The notes under the pieces: model-generated
Database searches by the model: none
What the model saw: only the letters and a program-made list of their open reading frames with translations
Told to the model about the DNA's origin: nothing
Assembly (NCBI RefSeq): GCF_049969415.1
Contig: NZ_JBMFOX010000013.1
Coordinates: forward strand, 1-35,562
Source: Candidatus Hadarchaeum sp.
Lineage (GTDB): Archaea > Hadarchaeota > Hadarchaeia > Hadarchaeales > Hadarchaeaceae
Direction of reading: 5' to 3'
Length of the DNA: 35,562 bases
Part shown: in pieces, positions 18,028 through 27,805 of the stretch
Layout: each line of letters begins with the position of its first letter
Position numbering within the stretch: position 1 is the first letter of the stretch
Translations under genes and position numbers: made by a program

Positions 18028-19443
18028 TTGAAGCTCGTTATTAAGTTCGGCGGCGTGCCCGTTAAGGACGGCGAGAGCATCAGAAGGGACGCGGAGCTGG
18101 TCGTCTCCAAGCATAAGCGCGGAGACCAAGTTGCAGTGGTCACCTCCGCCATGGCTGGGGTAACCGATCAGCTTCTTGACATCGCTCGCAAACTGTTAGA
18201 GCCCCGATCCAATCCTGAGCAACAGATCCCTGAGTTCGTGCGCCAAATCTCAGTGAGACATTATCAGGCCTGTCAAGAGGCGATAAAAGACAAGGAGGTT
18301 TTGGATAGGACCGTTCGCACCGTCAGGGAGACCATCGACCTGCTGGAGCGGGCCCTCACGGGAATCTCTTACCTAGGTGAGCTGTCCCCGCGTTCTCAGG
18401 ATCTAATATTATCCTTCGGCGAGCGACTTTCCGCCCCCATTTTATCAGGGGCCATAGAGTCGCTGGGGGTAAAGTCGAGGCCGTTGACCGGATTTGAGGC
18501 CGGCTTAGTCACCGATGACCACTTCACCGAGGCGCGTCCACTGATGGACAAGGCACGGAAACTGGCAAAGCAGAGGATTAATAAACTGTGGGCCGCAGGG
18601 GAAGTACCCGTTATAACCGGTTTTATCGGTGGCACGGAGGATGGGATTATAACTACCTTGGGACGGGGTGGCTCGGATTATTCCGCCTCAATAATCGGGG
18701 CGGCACTAGGTGTCGACGAAATTTGGATAATGACCGACGTTGATGGAATAATGACGGCAGATCCAAAAGTGGAACCAAACGCCAGAGTTATCAAGACCAT
18801 TTCCTATATCGAGGCCACTGAACTCGCCTACTTTGGAGCCAAGGTTTTGCATCCGAAGATGATTAGACCGGCCATGGATTCAAACATACCGGTAAGGGTT
18901 TTGAATGCCTTTAGGCCCAACCAGGGCGGTACTCTGATTACTAAGGAGCCGAATCGGGTTAAGGAAGTGGTCAAGTCAATCACCATGAGCAAAAATGTTT
19001 CTTTGATAACGGTTGGCGGTGCGGAGATGATCGGGGTCCCTGGAGTTGCCGCGACGGTTTTTGACATTATCGGGCGTGCCGGGATAAAGGTCCTGATGAT
19101 CTCTCAAAGTTCTTCTCAGGCCGACATAAGTTTCGTAGTCGATCGCAAGGAAGCTGACCTAGCCCTGCACGCTCTGCGCACCGAGTTCGAGAGACGCGAT
19201 ATTGGCTGGGACATCAGCTGCGAGAGAAACGTGAGCGTCATTGCAGCTATCGGCGCGGGCATGAAGGGTACCCCAGGAGTGGCGGCCAGAGTTTTTGGAA
19301 CCCTCGGGCGTAACGGTATAAACATATTAACGATTGCTCAGGGTTCGTCGGAGCTCAATATCTCTTTCACCGTGAGCGAGCATGACGCGGTAAAGGCCGT
19401 GAGAGCCCTGCATAGCGAGTTCCAATTGGACAGAGCCGGTTGA
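18028..19443 (+). CDS. lysC: Aspartate kinase with two ACT domains
   Basis: KFGG, VVTSAM, SFGERLS, TTLGRGGSDYSA, TDVDG..TADP, GAKVLHP and two ACT repeats; TTG start after a G-rich SD. Confidence 0.93.
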   Translation: MKLVIKFGGVPVKDGESIRRDAELVVSKHKRGDQVAVVTSAMAGVTDQLLDIARKLLEPRSNPEQQIPEFVRQISVRHYQACQEAIKDKEVLDRTVRTVRETIDLLERALTGISYLGELSPRSQDLILSFGERLSAPILSGAIESLGVKSRPLTGFEAGLVTDDHFTEARPLMDKARKLAKQRINKLWAAGEVPVITGFIGGTEDGIITTLGRGGSDYSASIIGAALGVDEIWIMTDVDGIMTADPKVEPNARVIKTISYIEATELAYFGAKVLHPKMIRPAMDSNIPVRVLNAFRPNQGGTLITKEPNRVKEVVKSITMSKNVSLITVGGAEMIGVPGVAATVFDIIGRAGIKVLMISQSSSQADISFVVDRKEADLALHALRTEFERRDIGWDISCERNVSVIAAIGAGMKGTPGVAARVFGTLGRNGINILTIAQGSSELNISFTVSEHDAVKAVRALHSEFQLDRAG

Positions 19444-20044
19444 TCGGGCACTTTTCGTGAAGAGGATTCCTTGAGCGGCAATATTTCCTACCCAGTTGAA
19501 TCAGCAGCATGTGGGCCTCAATTCTTCTTCCCGGTAGTATCACCTGCTCAAGTTTAGTTTTCACTTTTTCGTAACCATCTCTTTCCTCAGCAAAACCTAA
19601 TCTTTTTGCTACCCTGAAAATGTGGGTGTCCACCGGGATGATGTCATGTCTGGCCCAAAAAGCAAGCATGATGTCCGCAGTTTTCGGCCCAACGCCCGGA
19701 AAGGAAAGCAACTCCTCTCTTGCTTGTTCAATGGGCTTTTCAAGAACCGATTTCAGGTCCCCCCCGTATTTCGTCAGCACCAGCTTTGAGATTTCCTTCA
19801 ATCTCTTGGCTTTCTCTTGGTAAAGTCCACCAATTTTTATCAGTTCTTCAATTTCACTAAGTTTTGCATGTGCGAGCTCTTCTGCAGTTTTGAACTTTGA
19901 CGTTAGGCGGCTGAAGGCAGCGAAGGAATTGCGATCGTTTGTGTTCTGTGACAGCACAGTCCCGACAAGCAATAGGAACGGATCCCGGGTATGGGCGCGC
20001 CAAGTTTGGAAAACCTTGTCCAATTGATTTAGGATAGCCGCCAT
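19367..20044 (-). CDS. nth: Endonuclease III (HhH-GPD glycosylase)
   Basis: DPF..LV.TVLSQNTND, LLSFPGVGPKTA, PVDTHIFRV and Fe-S motif C-x6-H-x2-C-x5-C; start uncertain (frame open to 20119). Confidence 0.88.
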   Translation of the reverse strand: MAAILNQLDKVFQTWRAHTRDPFLLLVGTVLSQNTNDRNSFAAFSRLTSKFKTAEELAHAKLSEIEELIKIGGLYQEKAKRLKEISKLVLTKYGGDLKSVLEKPIEQAREELLSFPGVGPKTADIMLAFWARHDIIPVDTHIFRVAKRLGFAEERDGYEKVKTKLEQVILPGRRIEAHMLLIQLGRKYCRSRNPLHEKCPINRLCPIGTRYAGLSRPLPRHARSR

Positions 20045-20090
20045 GCGTCTTTGCTCAGCCTTTAAATTCTCCGCGTGATTAATTCGGTCT

Positions 20091-20507
20091 GTGGATAACT
20101 TGGATGCCATCGAGATCATCTACATCATATTTCTGGCAGGTTCTTTTGCTTTTGGTTTGGAGGCCATGCTGATCGGCTTTGGTGGCAAGATCTTAATCCT
20201 TCAACGTCTCCATAAAAAAGAAACCTTCTTTGCCGCATTTGGACTTGGTCTATTGATAGTAGTTTTGAGTATTGGAACTTCCCTGTTTTTTAATCTCGAG
20301 CCGGTTTACTTTATAGTCCTCGTTATGTGTTTTTCGATTATCGTGGGGAGGGTCGTTGGAGCTTTGGGCAGAAGACTGGTCGGAAAAACTTTTTCTCCGC
20401 CTTTACCCATGTCCTCTGATGAAGAGATTAAGAAAATGGTGGCTGCCCGCGGTTATGGCGACCTCTTAGAGAGATCAAGGCGACGAAAATCTGTGAAAAA
20501 AGGTTGA
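20091..20507 (+). CDS. Hypothetical membrane protein
   Basis: Three TM segments and a basic C-terminus; TATA-like CTTTAAAT about 24 nt upstream. Confidence 0.6.
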   Translation: MDNLDAIEIIYIIFLAGSFAFGLEAMLIGFGGKILILQRLHKKETFFAAFGLGLLIVVLSIGTSLFFNLEPVYFIVLVMCFSIIVGRVVGALGRRLVGKTFSPPLPMSSDEEIKKMVAARGYGDLLERSRRRKSVKKG

Positions 20508-20578
20508 AGGTTAAAGGGTAATACTGGCGATGTTTTTATGTTAAAATCTAAAAGAACTTTTGAGTCGGAAGGATTTGC

Positions 20579-21787
20579 ATGATGGAGCTGGTGATCTACG
20601 GTGTCGGTTTGGCGCTTTCCTTTTACATCGCTTGGTGTCTTGGGGCCAACGACGCCGCCAACCCTACCGACTGTGCCGTAGGCGCCGGAGCCCTGAGCAT
20701 GAGAAGAGCCATAATTTTATTCGCCATTTTTGCCGCCGCGGGTGGAATCTTGCTGGGTCCGATGGTCATGAAAACCGTCGATCGTGGACTAGTCGATAGG
20801 GAAAGCCTGGGCATCGAGGTTTTGGCGGTGGGAAGCTTTTCCGCCAGCCTTTCGGCCGGATTATGGATAACTTTCTGCACCTATAGGGGGATGCCTGTTT
20901 CGACCACCCACTCCATAATTGGTGGTGTAATAGGATTTGGACTGATAAGTTCGGCCCCGATGAGGTGGAACAACCTTTATACCGTCATCTTGGGTTTAAT
21001 TGTTTCCCCACTGCTAGCGATAATCCTTTCAGCCGGGCTTTACCTTTCTTTGAGAAATTATTTTAAACGGGAGAGGACGGAAAGGGCAAATCTGATGGCA
21101 ATCTATGCGTTGATATTTCTCCTCTCCTTTTCTTGCCTTTTCATGATTCTTTATCAAACCCTTGGCTTGAAATCGTTTGATGCCATTCTAATGGCCCTAA
21201 TCTCATCGTTTGTTTTTTCAACCATTCTGGCGTATGCGGTTAAGGCTAAGTATGGTGGTTGTAATGTTTCCAATTTGCTTTACGTCCTTTTGATAGTCGG
21301 TCTTTGTTTTTCTGCCTTTGCCTTTGGGGCTAATGATATGGCAAATGCAACTGGGGTTTTCGTGACGCCAACTCAGAAAATCACCGGAAACCCCACATTT
21401 GTTACAATGTTTCTGCTTTCGCTGCTAGGCTCGGCAGGAATAGCGTTTGGGGCCTTCACCTGGGGTTATAAGGTTTTGGAGGTCACTGCTTACAAAGTGA
21501 CCAGACTGGACATACTTACCGGAGCCGCCGCAGAATATGCCAATGCAATTGTGGTTTTTCTTTTCACGGTTTTGCCCTCTTTGTTTCTGGGATTCGGCTT
21601 GCCGATATCTACAACCCATGCTTCGGTTGGGTCCTTAATTGGTGTGGGTTTAGCAACTAAGGGGTTGGGGGGAGTAAACAAGGGAATCACAGGTAAGATC
21701 ATCGCCTTTTGGATTTTGACCATACCTGCAGTAATCTTAATTAGTATGTCTTTATTCTGGTTAATTAGCAAGATGGTAGGGATATGA
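20579..21787 (+). CDS. Inorganic phosphate transporter, PiT family
   Basis: Duplicated GANDxAN and P(V/I)STTH signatures. Confidence 0.93.
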   Translation: MMELVIYGVGLALSFYIAWCLGANDAANPTDCAVGAGALSMRRAIILFAIFAAAGGILLGPMVMKTVDRGLVDRESLGIEVLAVGSFSASLSAGLWITFCTYRGMPVSTTHSIIGGVIGFGLISSAPMRWNNLYTVILGLIVSPLLAIILSAGLYLSLRNYFKRERTERANLMAIYALIFLLSFSCLFMILYQTLGLKSFDAILMALISSFVFSTILAYAVKAKYGGCNVSNLLYVLLIVGLCFSAFAFGANDMANATGVFVTPTQKITGNPTFVTMFLLSLLGSAGIAFGAFTWGYKVLEVTAYKVTRLDILTGAAAEYANAIVVFLFTVLPSLFLGFGLPISTTHASVGSLIGVGLATKGLGGVNKGITGKIIAFWILTIPAVILISMSLFWLISKMVGI

Positions 21788-22461
21788 TGGCGAGAGGGCC
21801 GTTAATCTGGATGGGTGAATCAAAGGAAAGAAAAATCCTTGAAGTCTGCGACGAGCATATGAAAAGAATTGTCAAGACAGTTGCCAGTATGAATGAGGCT
21901 GTTCAGGCTTTTTGCGATCTGGACGTTAAAAAAATGGATAAGGGGTTCAACGAGGCCTTTAAGAACGAGCGCGAGGCCGATGTTCTGAAAAGGAACATTT
22001 TGGAGGAACTTTCGAAGGGAATATTTCATCCGATAAATCGGGATGAGATTATCCGATTGACTATGACTGCTGATGAAATTGCCGCCAATGCCAAGGCAGC
22101 CGCCCGAAAGCTGAAATACATCGAGGCTAGGAAACTTCCCGCCGACCTTAAAAAAACAATGAGAATTTACTCTGCAGCGGTTTTGGATACAGCCATCAAG
22201 ACTCACGAGACCTTTATTTCACTGGAGAAGGACCCCAAGACAGCGATAGCCCTTTCCCACGAAGTCGAAAAAATGGAGGAAAAGATTGACGATTTGCGTG
22301 CAGAAGAGTTGACGCCAGGGCTTTTGAAATGGTACAGAAAAATTAAGGATATAGGTCAGTCACTGCTCATGAAGGAAATAACTGAGAATATGGAGAGTAT
22401 TGCTGATCTTTGTGAGGATGTCAGCGATATCATCAGGTCTATTGCTATCAGCTACTCTTGA
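21784..22461 (+). CDS. DUF47/TIGR00153 PhoU-like phosphate transport regulator
   Basis: EREAD.LKR.I...L, PINRDEI, EEKIDD and IADLCEDVSD; coupled to the PiT gene. Confidence 0.88.
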   Translation: MMARGPLIWMGESKERKILEVCDEHMKRIVKTVASMNEAVQAFCDLDVKKMDKGFNEAFKNEREADVLKRNILEELSKGIFHPINRDEIIRLTMTADEIAANAKAAARKLKYIEARKLPADLKKTMRIYSAAVLDTAIKTHETFISLEKDPKTAIALSHEVEKMEEKIDDLRAEELTPGLLKWYRKIKDIGQSLLMKEITENMESIADLCEDVSDIIRSIAISYS

Positions 22462-22478
22462 AGTTTGCAAGCCTAGAT

Positions 22479-24470
22479 TTAATCCTGATAACCAACTATC
22501 CTTTTCAGAGTTTCAACGACGTCAGGATTGACCAGAGTTGATGTATCTCCGATTTTGTCCTTGGTGAGCAGGGCTTTCAGAATACGGCGCATTATCTTCC
22601 CGCTCCTTGTTTTGGGCAGCTCATCGACAAAGAATATTTGCTTTGGCTTGGCTATGGGTCCCACAGTTTTGCTAATGTGTTCGACTAGTTCTTTGCTCAA
22701 CTCTTCTGATCCCTTGTAGCCGCTTTTCAGCACCACGTAAGCAACTGGGACCTCGCCCTTCAGAGGGTCTGGTTGCGGGACGACGGCGGTTTCGGTCACA
22801 GCCGGATGTCGGTTAAACGCGTCCTCAAGTTCAGCCGTTGACAGCCTATGTCCGGCTACCTTCATTACGTCGTCGACCCTGCCAGTAACGCGGATAAAGT
22901 GCTTGATCTTCCCTTTCTCCTTAATGTGTGGGGCATGCTCGCCAATTACATCCCTAGCGCCGTCTCCAGTGAAATAATACCTTTTTGGATACCGGCTCCA
23001 ATAAGTCTCCCGGTATTTTTCGTCAGCCTTGTAAAGTCCCCTCAGCATTCCCGGCGGCATCGGGGGGGCCAAGACCAAATATCCGCCCTGCGGTGATGGA
23101 TTGCCCTCTTCATCAACAATCGCGTTTCTTACTCCAGGGAATGGTCTTCCTGAAACTGTGGGAATAAACGGACCAATCCCCGGCAGACTCATCATCAATG
23201 TTCCGCCGGTTTCAGTCTGCCACCAAGTGTCAACAATGGGACAACGTCCGCCGCCGATGTTGTTGAAATACCAAAGCCAAGCTTCACGGTCAATCGGTTC
23301 ACCGACCGTTCCTAATAACCTGAGGGTGCTCAAATCATGTTTTTTAGGCCATTCTTCACCAGCCCTGACAAACATGCGGATTGCAGTCGGGGCGGTGTAA
23401 AATATCGTCACTTTGTATTTTTCTATGATTTCCCACCAGCGGTCCATCGCCGGATAGTCTGGCGATCCCTCATACAGTATAAGCGTGGTGCAGTTGAGCA
23501 ATGGCCCGTAGCAGAGATAGGTATGCCCCGTAATCCAGCCGATGTCTGAAGTGCACCAGAAGATGTCGTCGTCGTGGATGTCGAAGACCCAGCGCGTGGT
23601 CCAATAGGCCTGCGTGAGGTATCCTCCAGTGGTATGAATTACGCCTTTTGGTTTTCCCGTAGTGCCGGAGGTATACAGCAGGAACAGCATATCTTCGCTG
23701 TCCATAGGTTCAGGATCACATTTGGGGCTGGCGTCCTTCATCAGCTCATGCCACCAAAAGTCCCGTCCCGGCGCCATGCTGATTTCATTACCAGCGCGTT
23801 TGACTACAACGACTTTTTCAACCTTGGTGTCTTTGATCCCCTCGTCCGCACTAGCTTTCAGATTTACTACCTTTCCCCTGCGGTAGTAACCGTCTGCCGT
23901 GATTAGAATCTTGGCCTCTGCGTCTTCGAGCCTGACCCTTAAGGAATCACCGCTGAAGGCGGAAAATACTACGCTGTGAACGGCGCCGATTCTGGTGCAG
24001 GCCAAAATAGCGATGTGGATTTCAGGTATTAGCGGAAGATAGATCCCAACCCGATCACCCTTCTTGACACCGAGCTTTTTCAACACATTGGCAAAACGAC
24101 AGACCTCATCCATCAGCTGTTGATAAGTTATTATCCTTTCGGGCTCGTTCGGTGGTTCAGGGACCCAGATTATTGCCGGCTTATTACCTTTACCCGCTTT
24201 AACATGTCGGTCCACCGCATTGTAGGAGGCGTTAAGTTTGCCTCCGATGAACCACTTGTAGTAAGGCAGGTCTTCCTCGTAAGCCTTATCCCAGGTCTTG
24301 AACCACACCAGTCCTTCCCTAGCCCGTTCCTCCCAAAACGCGACCGGATCCTTGTCAGCTTCTTCATATATTGACGGATTGGATACCCAAGCCCTTCGCT
24401 TGAGCTCTTCCGATGGCCACCAAACTTCCTTTTCCACCGAATCTTCCACGACCCACTTAATGCCTTTCAT
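22479..24470 (-). CDS. acs: Acetyl-CoA synthetase (AMP-forming)
   Basis: YTSGTTGKPKG, DIGWITGH, DTWWQTETG, GRVDD, GHRL and PKTRSGKIMRR. Confidence 0.96.
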   Translation of the reverse strand: MKGIKWVVEDSVEKEVWWPSEELKRRAWVSNPSIYEEADKDPVAFWEERAREGLVWFKTWDKAYEEDLPYYKWFIGGKLNASYNAVDRHVKAGKGNKPAIIWVPEPPNEPERIITYQQLMDEVCRFANVLKKLGVKKGDRVGIYLPLIPEIHIAILACTRIGAVHSVVFSAFSGDSLRVRLEDAEAKILITADGYYRRGKVVNLKASADEGIKDTKVEKVVVVKRAGNEISMAPGRDFWWHELMKDASPKCDPEPMDSEDMLFLLYTSGTTGKPKGVIHTTGGYLTQAYWTTRWVFDIHDDDIFWCTSDIGWITGHTYLCYGPLLNCTTLILYEGSPDYPAMDRWWEIIEKYKVTIFYTAPTAIRMFVRAGEEWPKKHDLSTLRLLGTVGEPIDREAWLWYFNNIGGGRCPIVDTWWQTETGGTLMMSLPGIGPFIPTVSGRPFPGVRNAIVDEEGNPSPQGGYLVLAPPMPPGMLRGLYKADEKYRETYWSRYPKRYYFTGDGARDVIGEHAPHIKEKGKIKHFIRVTGRVDDVMKVAGHRLSTAELEDAFNRHPAVTETAVVPQPDPLKGEVPVAYVVLKSGYKGSEELSKELVEHISKTVGPIAKPKQIFFVDELPKTRSGKIMRRILKALLTKDKIGDTSTLVNPDVVETLKRIVGYQD

Positions 24471-24622
24471 AGTATCCTCAACTACATATTATTGATGTTT
24501 TAAAAAGTTGACGGTGCTGTTAAGTAAAGCTTCCAAGTTAACACTTTTACTATTTTAATCCAATATTCCTATCATCAAAAGCTAAGACCACACGGCGGAG
24601 GCCTGGACCAGAGGTCATCAAG

Positions 24623-24775
24623 ATGACCAGACTAACCCCAGAACAGCGCCGCCAGATGGTGAAAGTAATTAGGCAGGGGATGGCTAAAAAAGATGCGGCC
24701 GAGGCTTTCGGGGTGAGCAGGCAAACGGTCTGGACATGATGTAAACGGGTCAAACACATGTGGATGAACGCCTGA
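24623..24775 (+). pseudogene. Transposase N-terminal HTH remnant (IS481/IS630-like) with internal stop
   Basis: MTRLTPEQRRQMVKVIRQGMAKKDAAEAFGVSRQTVWT*CKR; TGA at 24737 where Trp is expected; no catalytic domain follows. Confidence 0.65.
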
Positions 24776-24898
24776 CTCATCGCTCGAAAAGCAACAATTA
24801 CCGCTCAACATGGTTTCAATCACTACTCATGAACAGAAGTATCAGCTATCTGATGGTTGAAAACGTGTAACTAAGCCACGGGCGTTAAGTTGGAAACT

Positions 24899-25489
24899 TT
24901 ATTTAACAGGTGCTGCAAAAAAGAATTTCAGTTCGTTAGCGATTTGGGCAACGATTTTGAACTCCTCCACATAGGGTTCTAAATCTTTTAACACCGCCTC
25001 CCAGAGTTCCCCCAGTTCTCTCGATTTGACACCCCTTTCTGAATATTTGACAGCTTGGATCAGTATTGAAAGGTAATCTGCCGCGTGAACTAGCTTGGAT
25101 TCAATGGTTTTTTTCTCGCGGTATTCTTCCCACAGTTTCAGATATTCCTCCCCTTCAGATAGCCCTTTGAGCAGCTCCCTGAGGGCCTCAAGTTCCATTA
25201 GTTGTTTAGCCTCGGCCGGTTTTAGGTACTTCATCGCGGTGTAAGGGAAATCAGCCACCTTGGTCTCTGCCCAGTCGTGGATGAGCGCTATACGGATAGC
25301 TCGTTCACGGTTGACTTTCTCGCCTGCTTTTGCCAGTTCATCAGCAAGGAACATGGTGACGGTGGCCACCTCGAATGAGTGCTGAGCCACATCCTCGACT
25401 TCTGGGAGAGGAACGTTGCAGAAGAGCCAACCAGTCCTTGGCATATTCTTTAGCCTGCTTAACTCCAGCAAGAATTTGGTAAGTTTCAT
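24899..25489 (-). CDS. HD-domain hydrolase (YfbR/HDDC2-like 5'-deoxynucleotidase)
   Basis: LK.MPRTGW, EDVAQHS, ALIHDWAE, LWEEY and VHAAD. Confidence 0.88.
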   Translation of the reverse strand: MKLTKFLLELSRLKNMPRTGWLFCNVPLPEVEDVAQHSFEVATVTMFLADELAKAGEKVNRERAIRIALIHDWAETKVADFPYTAMKYLKPAEAKQLMELEALRELLKGLSEGEEYLKLWEEYREKKTIESKLVHAADYLSILIQAVKYSERGVKSRELGELWEAVLKDLEPYVEEFKIVAQIANELKFFFAAPVK

Positions 25490-25506
25490 TTCTGTCCCAT
25501 TTTAGC

Positions 25507-25917
25507 TTATGGTTTTATTACCATCAACTTTGCCTGTTTGACACCCCTTAAACTTTCAAGGCGCTCCACAATTTTTTCTATTTTTTCAGCCGGACCTTTA
25601 ACGACGGAAGTTTCTAAGCAGTTCTTTTGATCGAGGTGAATGTGCTGGACGGTGTTTATAATTTCACTTGAGGAATGCTGGATGTCAATTATGGCATCGG
25701 CCAGCCCTCGGACATCGTGCTCGTAGACCAGAATTAAGACCCCAACGATGTGGCCCTCAAGACTTTTTCGATATTTGTATTCGGAGAGTAAATTGCGAAG
25801 GGCATCTCTGACGGCTTCGGATCGGCTGGCGTAACCGCGGGACTTGAGGGATTCATCAAGCTCCTTGAGCAGCTCTTGAGGCAGGGTTAGACTTATGCGA
25901 GTTATTTTTTCAGCCAT
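25507..25917 (-). CDS. nikR: Nickel-responsive regulator NikR
   Basis: RISLTL ribbon, GYASRSEAVRDA, YEH, IQH and HIHL..NCLE nickel ligands. Confidence 0.95.
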   Translation of the reverse strand: MAEKITRISLTLPQELLKELDESLKSRGYASRSEAVRDALRNLLSEYKYRKSLEGHIVGVLILVYEHDVRGLADAIIDIQHSSSEIINTVQHIHLDQKNCLETSVVKGPAEKIEKIVERLESLRGVKQAKLMVIKP

Positions 25918-26019
25918 TTTTTCACCTGTTTATCCAGGCGTCGTTTGGCCAGTAAAAGTTGGTGCAGTTGAAAGGCTTTTCCAAATGATTCTATTGCAAC
26001 CATGACCATTTCATCAGTA

Positions 26020-26748
26020 TTACTTTTGATTACCCGATATAAGATTTGTTCGTTTTCGCAACAGTGATCGATATTTCTGGAAAATTTCTTTCTTGTTCTT
26101 GATTTCGCCGACAATTCTGCCTTCATCCATTAGATAGGCGTGGTCACAAAGATCCATGATATCTAGGTCATGTCCGGAAATAACCACCGTCCTATTTTCA
26201 CCCAGATCTTCTAGCAGCTCGATGAAGCTCTTTTTGATCCAAGGGTCGAGTGAAAGCGTTGGTTCGTCGAGCACCAGTATTTCCGGATCCATGGCCAGCA
26301 CGGTGGCTATGGCAATCCTTTTCTTTTCACCGTAGCTGAGGTGGTGAGGACTCCTATCCTCAAAACCAGCCATACCAACAATCTTTAGAGCGTTTTTCAC
26401 CCTCCTTTTAATCTCGGCCTCCCCAAGACCCATATTCTCCGGTCCGAAGGCCACATCTTCATAAACCGTCGGCATGAAGAGCTGATCGTCAGGATTTTGG
26501 AAAACTAAGCCAACCTTCTTCTTTACTTCTTCGCCCCACTTTTCAGTTTCAGTGCCGAGAATCACGACCTTCCCCCTTTGCGGTTTTAGGATTCCGTTGA
26601 GGTGAAGAAGTAACGTAGATTTTCCTGAGCCGTTTGGGCCGATGATGTAGGCCTTTTCCCCTTTCCCCACTGTTAGGTTCACGCCGCGCAGCGCGACGGT
26701 GTCATCAGGATACTTGTAGTGCAGATTCCTTACCTCCACCGCCATCAT
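26020..26748 (-). CDS. ECF Ni/Co transporter ATPase (NikO/CbiO)
   Basis: GPNGSGKST, VFQNPDDQLF, LSYGEKKR, LDEP and H-loop. Confidence 0.92.
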   Translation of the reverse strand: MMAVEVRNLHYKYPDDTVALRGVNLTVGKGEKAYIIGPNGSGKSTLLLHLNGILKPQRGKVVILGTETEKWGEEVKKKVGLVFQNPDDQLFMPTVYEDVAFGPENMGLGEAEIKRRVKNALKIVGMAGFEDRSPHHLSYGEKKRIAIATVLAMDPEILVLDEPTLSLDPWIKKSFIELLEDLGENRTVVISGHDLDIMDLCDHAYLMDEGRIVGEIKNKKEIFQKYRSLLRKRTNLISGNQK

Positions 26749-27500
26749 CAGACCACCGCTACCAAAACTAATATCAATAAAAATGCTGTCATGAAAGAGA
26801 TGTCATAACCGTTCATCTTCAGTTCTCGGGTAAGCTTTATTTTTCCTTGGTATCCCCGAGAGCGCATAGCCACGTAAATCCTTTCTCCCCTTTCATAGCT
26901 CCTTATAAATAGAGTACCGATCATGTTTCCGGCGGTTTTTAATGAACGGGACCACGAGGGTTTGAAGGTTCTGGCGTCCCGCGCTCTGACCATCCTGTAG
27001 AGCTCGTCTTCCAGAATAAAGACAAAACGATACATGAAGGAAAGGATCATCACAAACACGGTCGGCATTTTTAACCTCTGAAAACCGTTTAGGAGCCTCG
27101 AAAATGGCGTTGTGGAAGTAAGCGCTATCATGGCCAGCACGCAGAGCCAAGATTTAACCAATACATTCAAAAAAATCAAGGTCGCCGATTGGTTTATCGT
27201 AAAGATGCCAAGGCTCAAAGAACCGCCGCCGTTTCCCATAAAGGGCAAGCCTATTGCCACCAGGCCGACGAACGGGAGTATCACTAAAGACCTTTTTAGC
27301 ACGAAACTAATCGGCACTTTTGAGATTAAGATTAGCGCGATTAACAGCGTTCCATAAAACAAAAATTTTGGAGCCAGAGTTATCGGGGTGAAAACTACAA
27401 TAAACAAAAAAGAAAAAAGCGTGATTATCTTTGCCCGCGGGTCGAGCCGGTGAATCGGGCTTTTAAGACTGCCGTATTTGTCGATAAAACTGTGTTTCAT
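26748..27500 (-). CDS. ECF Ni/Co transporter T component (NikQ/CbiQ)
   Basis: IHRLDPRAK, MYRF, ARDAR and LFIRSYERGERIYVAMRSRG. Confidence 0.93.
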   Translation of the reverse strand: MKHSFIDKYGSLKSPIHRLDPRAKIITLFSFLFIVVFTPITLAPKFLFYGTLLIALILISKVPISFVLKRSLVILPFVGLVAIGLPFMGNGGGSLSLGIFTINQSATLIFLNVLVKSWLCVLAMIALTSTTPFSRLLNGFQRLKMPTVFVMILSFMYRFVFILEDELYRMVRARDARTFKPSWSRSLKTAGNMIGTLFIRSYERGERIYVAMRSRGYQGKIKLTRELKMNGYDISFMTAFLLILVLVAVV

Positions 27501-27512
27501 TTTTTTCCTTTT

Positions 27513-27797
27513 TTATCTTTTTAGTAGTTTAGCCCAGCTCAACGTAAGAACGAGGATGATCAGGACGCCAATTAAGCCGGCAAGTGCTGAAGCAATTTTT
27601 TCGTTACCAACTCCAAGAACAGTATAGTCTGGCATCGGAGCGTGGATCACTTCCTGCCCCTCGGCTTTTTCGATAAAGCCATAATCCTCAGCCACTCTTT
27701 CAAGACCGTCGGGTTCTGGAGAGGCGAAGAGGGACAGCACGCTGGCCATAAACAGCGCGATTATTATTCCGGTAATCCACCACTTTTTTACCTTCAT
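27513..27797 (-). CDS. PDGLE-domain protein (NikN)
   Basis: ASPEPDGLERVA, APMPDY and two TM helices. Confidence 0.9.
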   Translation of the reverse strand: MKVKKWWITGIIIALFMASVLSLFASPEPDGLERVAEDYGFIEKAEGQEVIHAPMPDYTVLGVGNEKIASALAGLIGVLIILVLTLSWAKLLKR

Positions 27798-27805
27798 TTT
27801 TTCAC

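Noticed and set aside
24737-24739. TGA as selenocysteine or recoding
   Set aside because: It sits at a Trp position of an HTH in a truncated transposase; other genes here use TGA as a normal stop.
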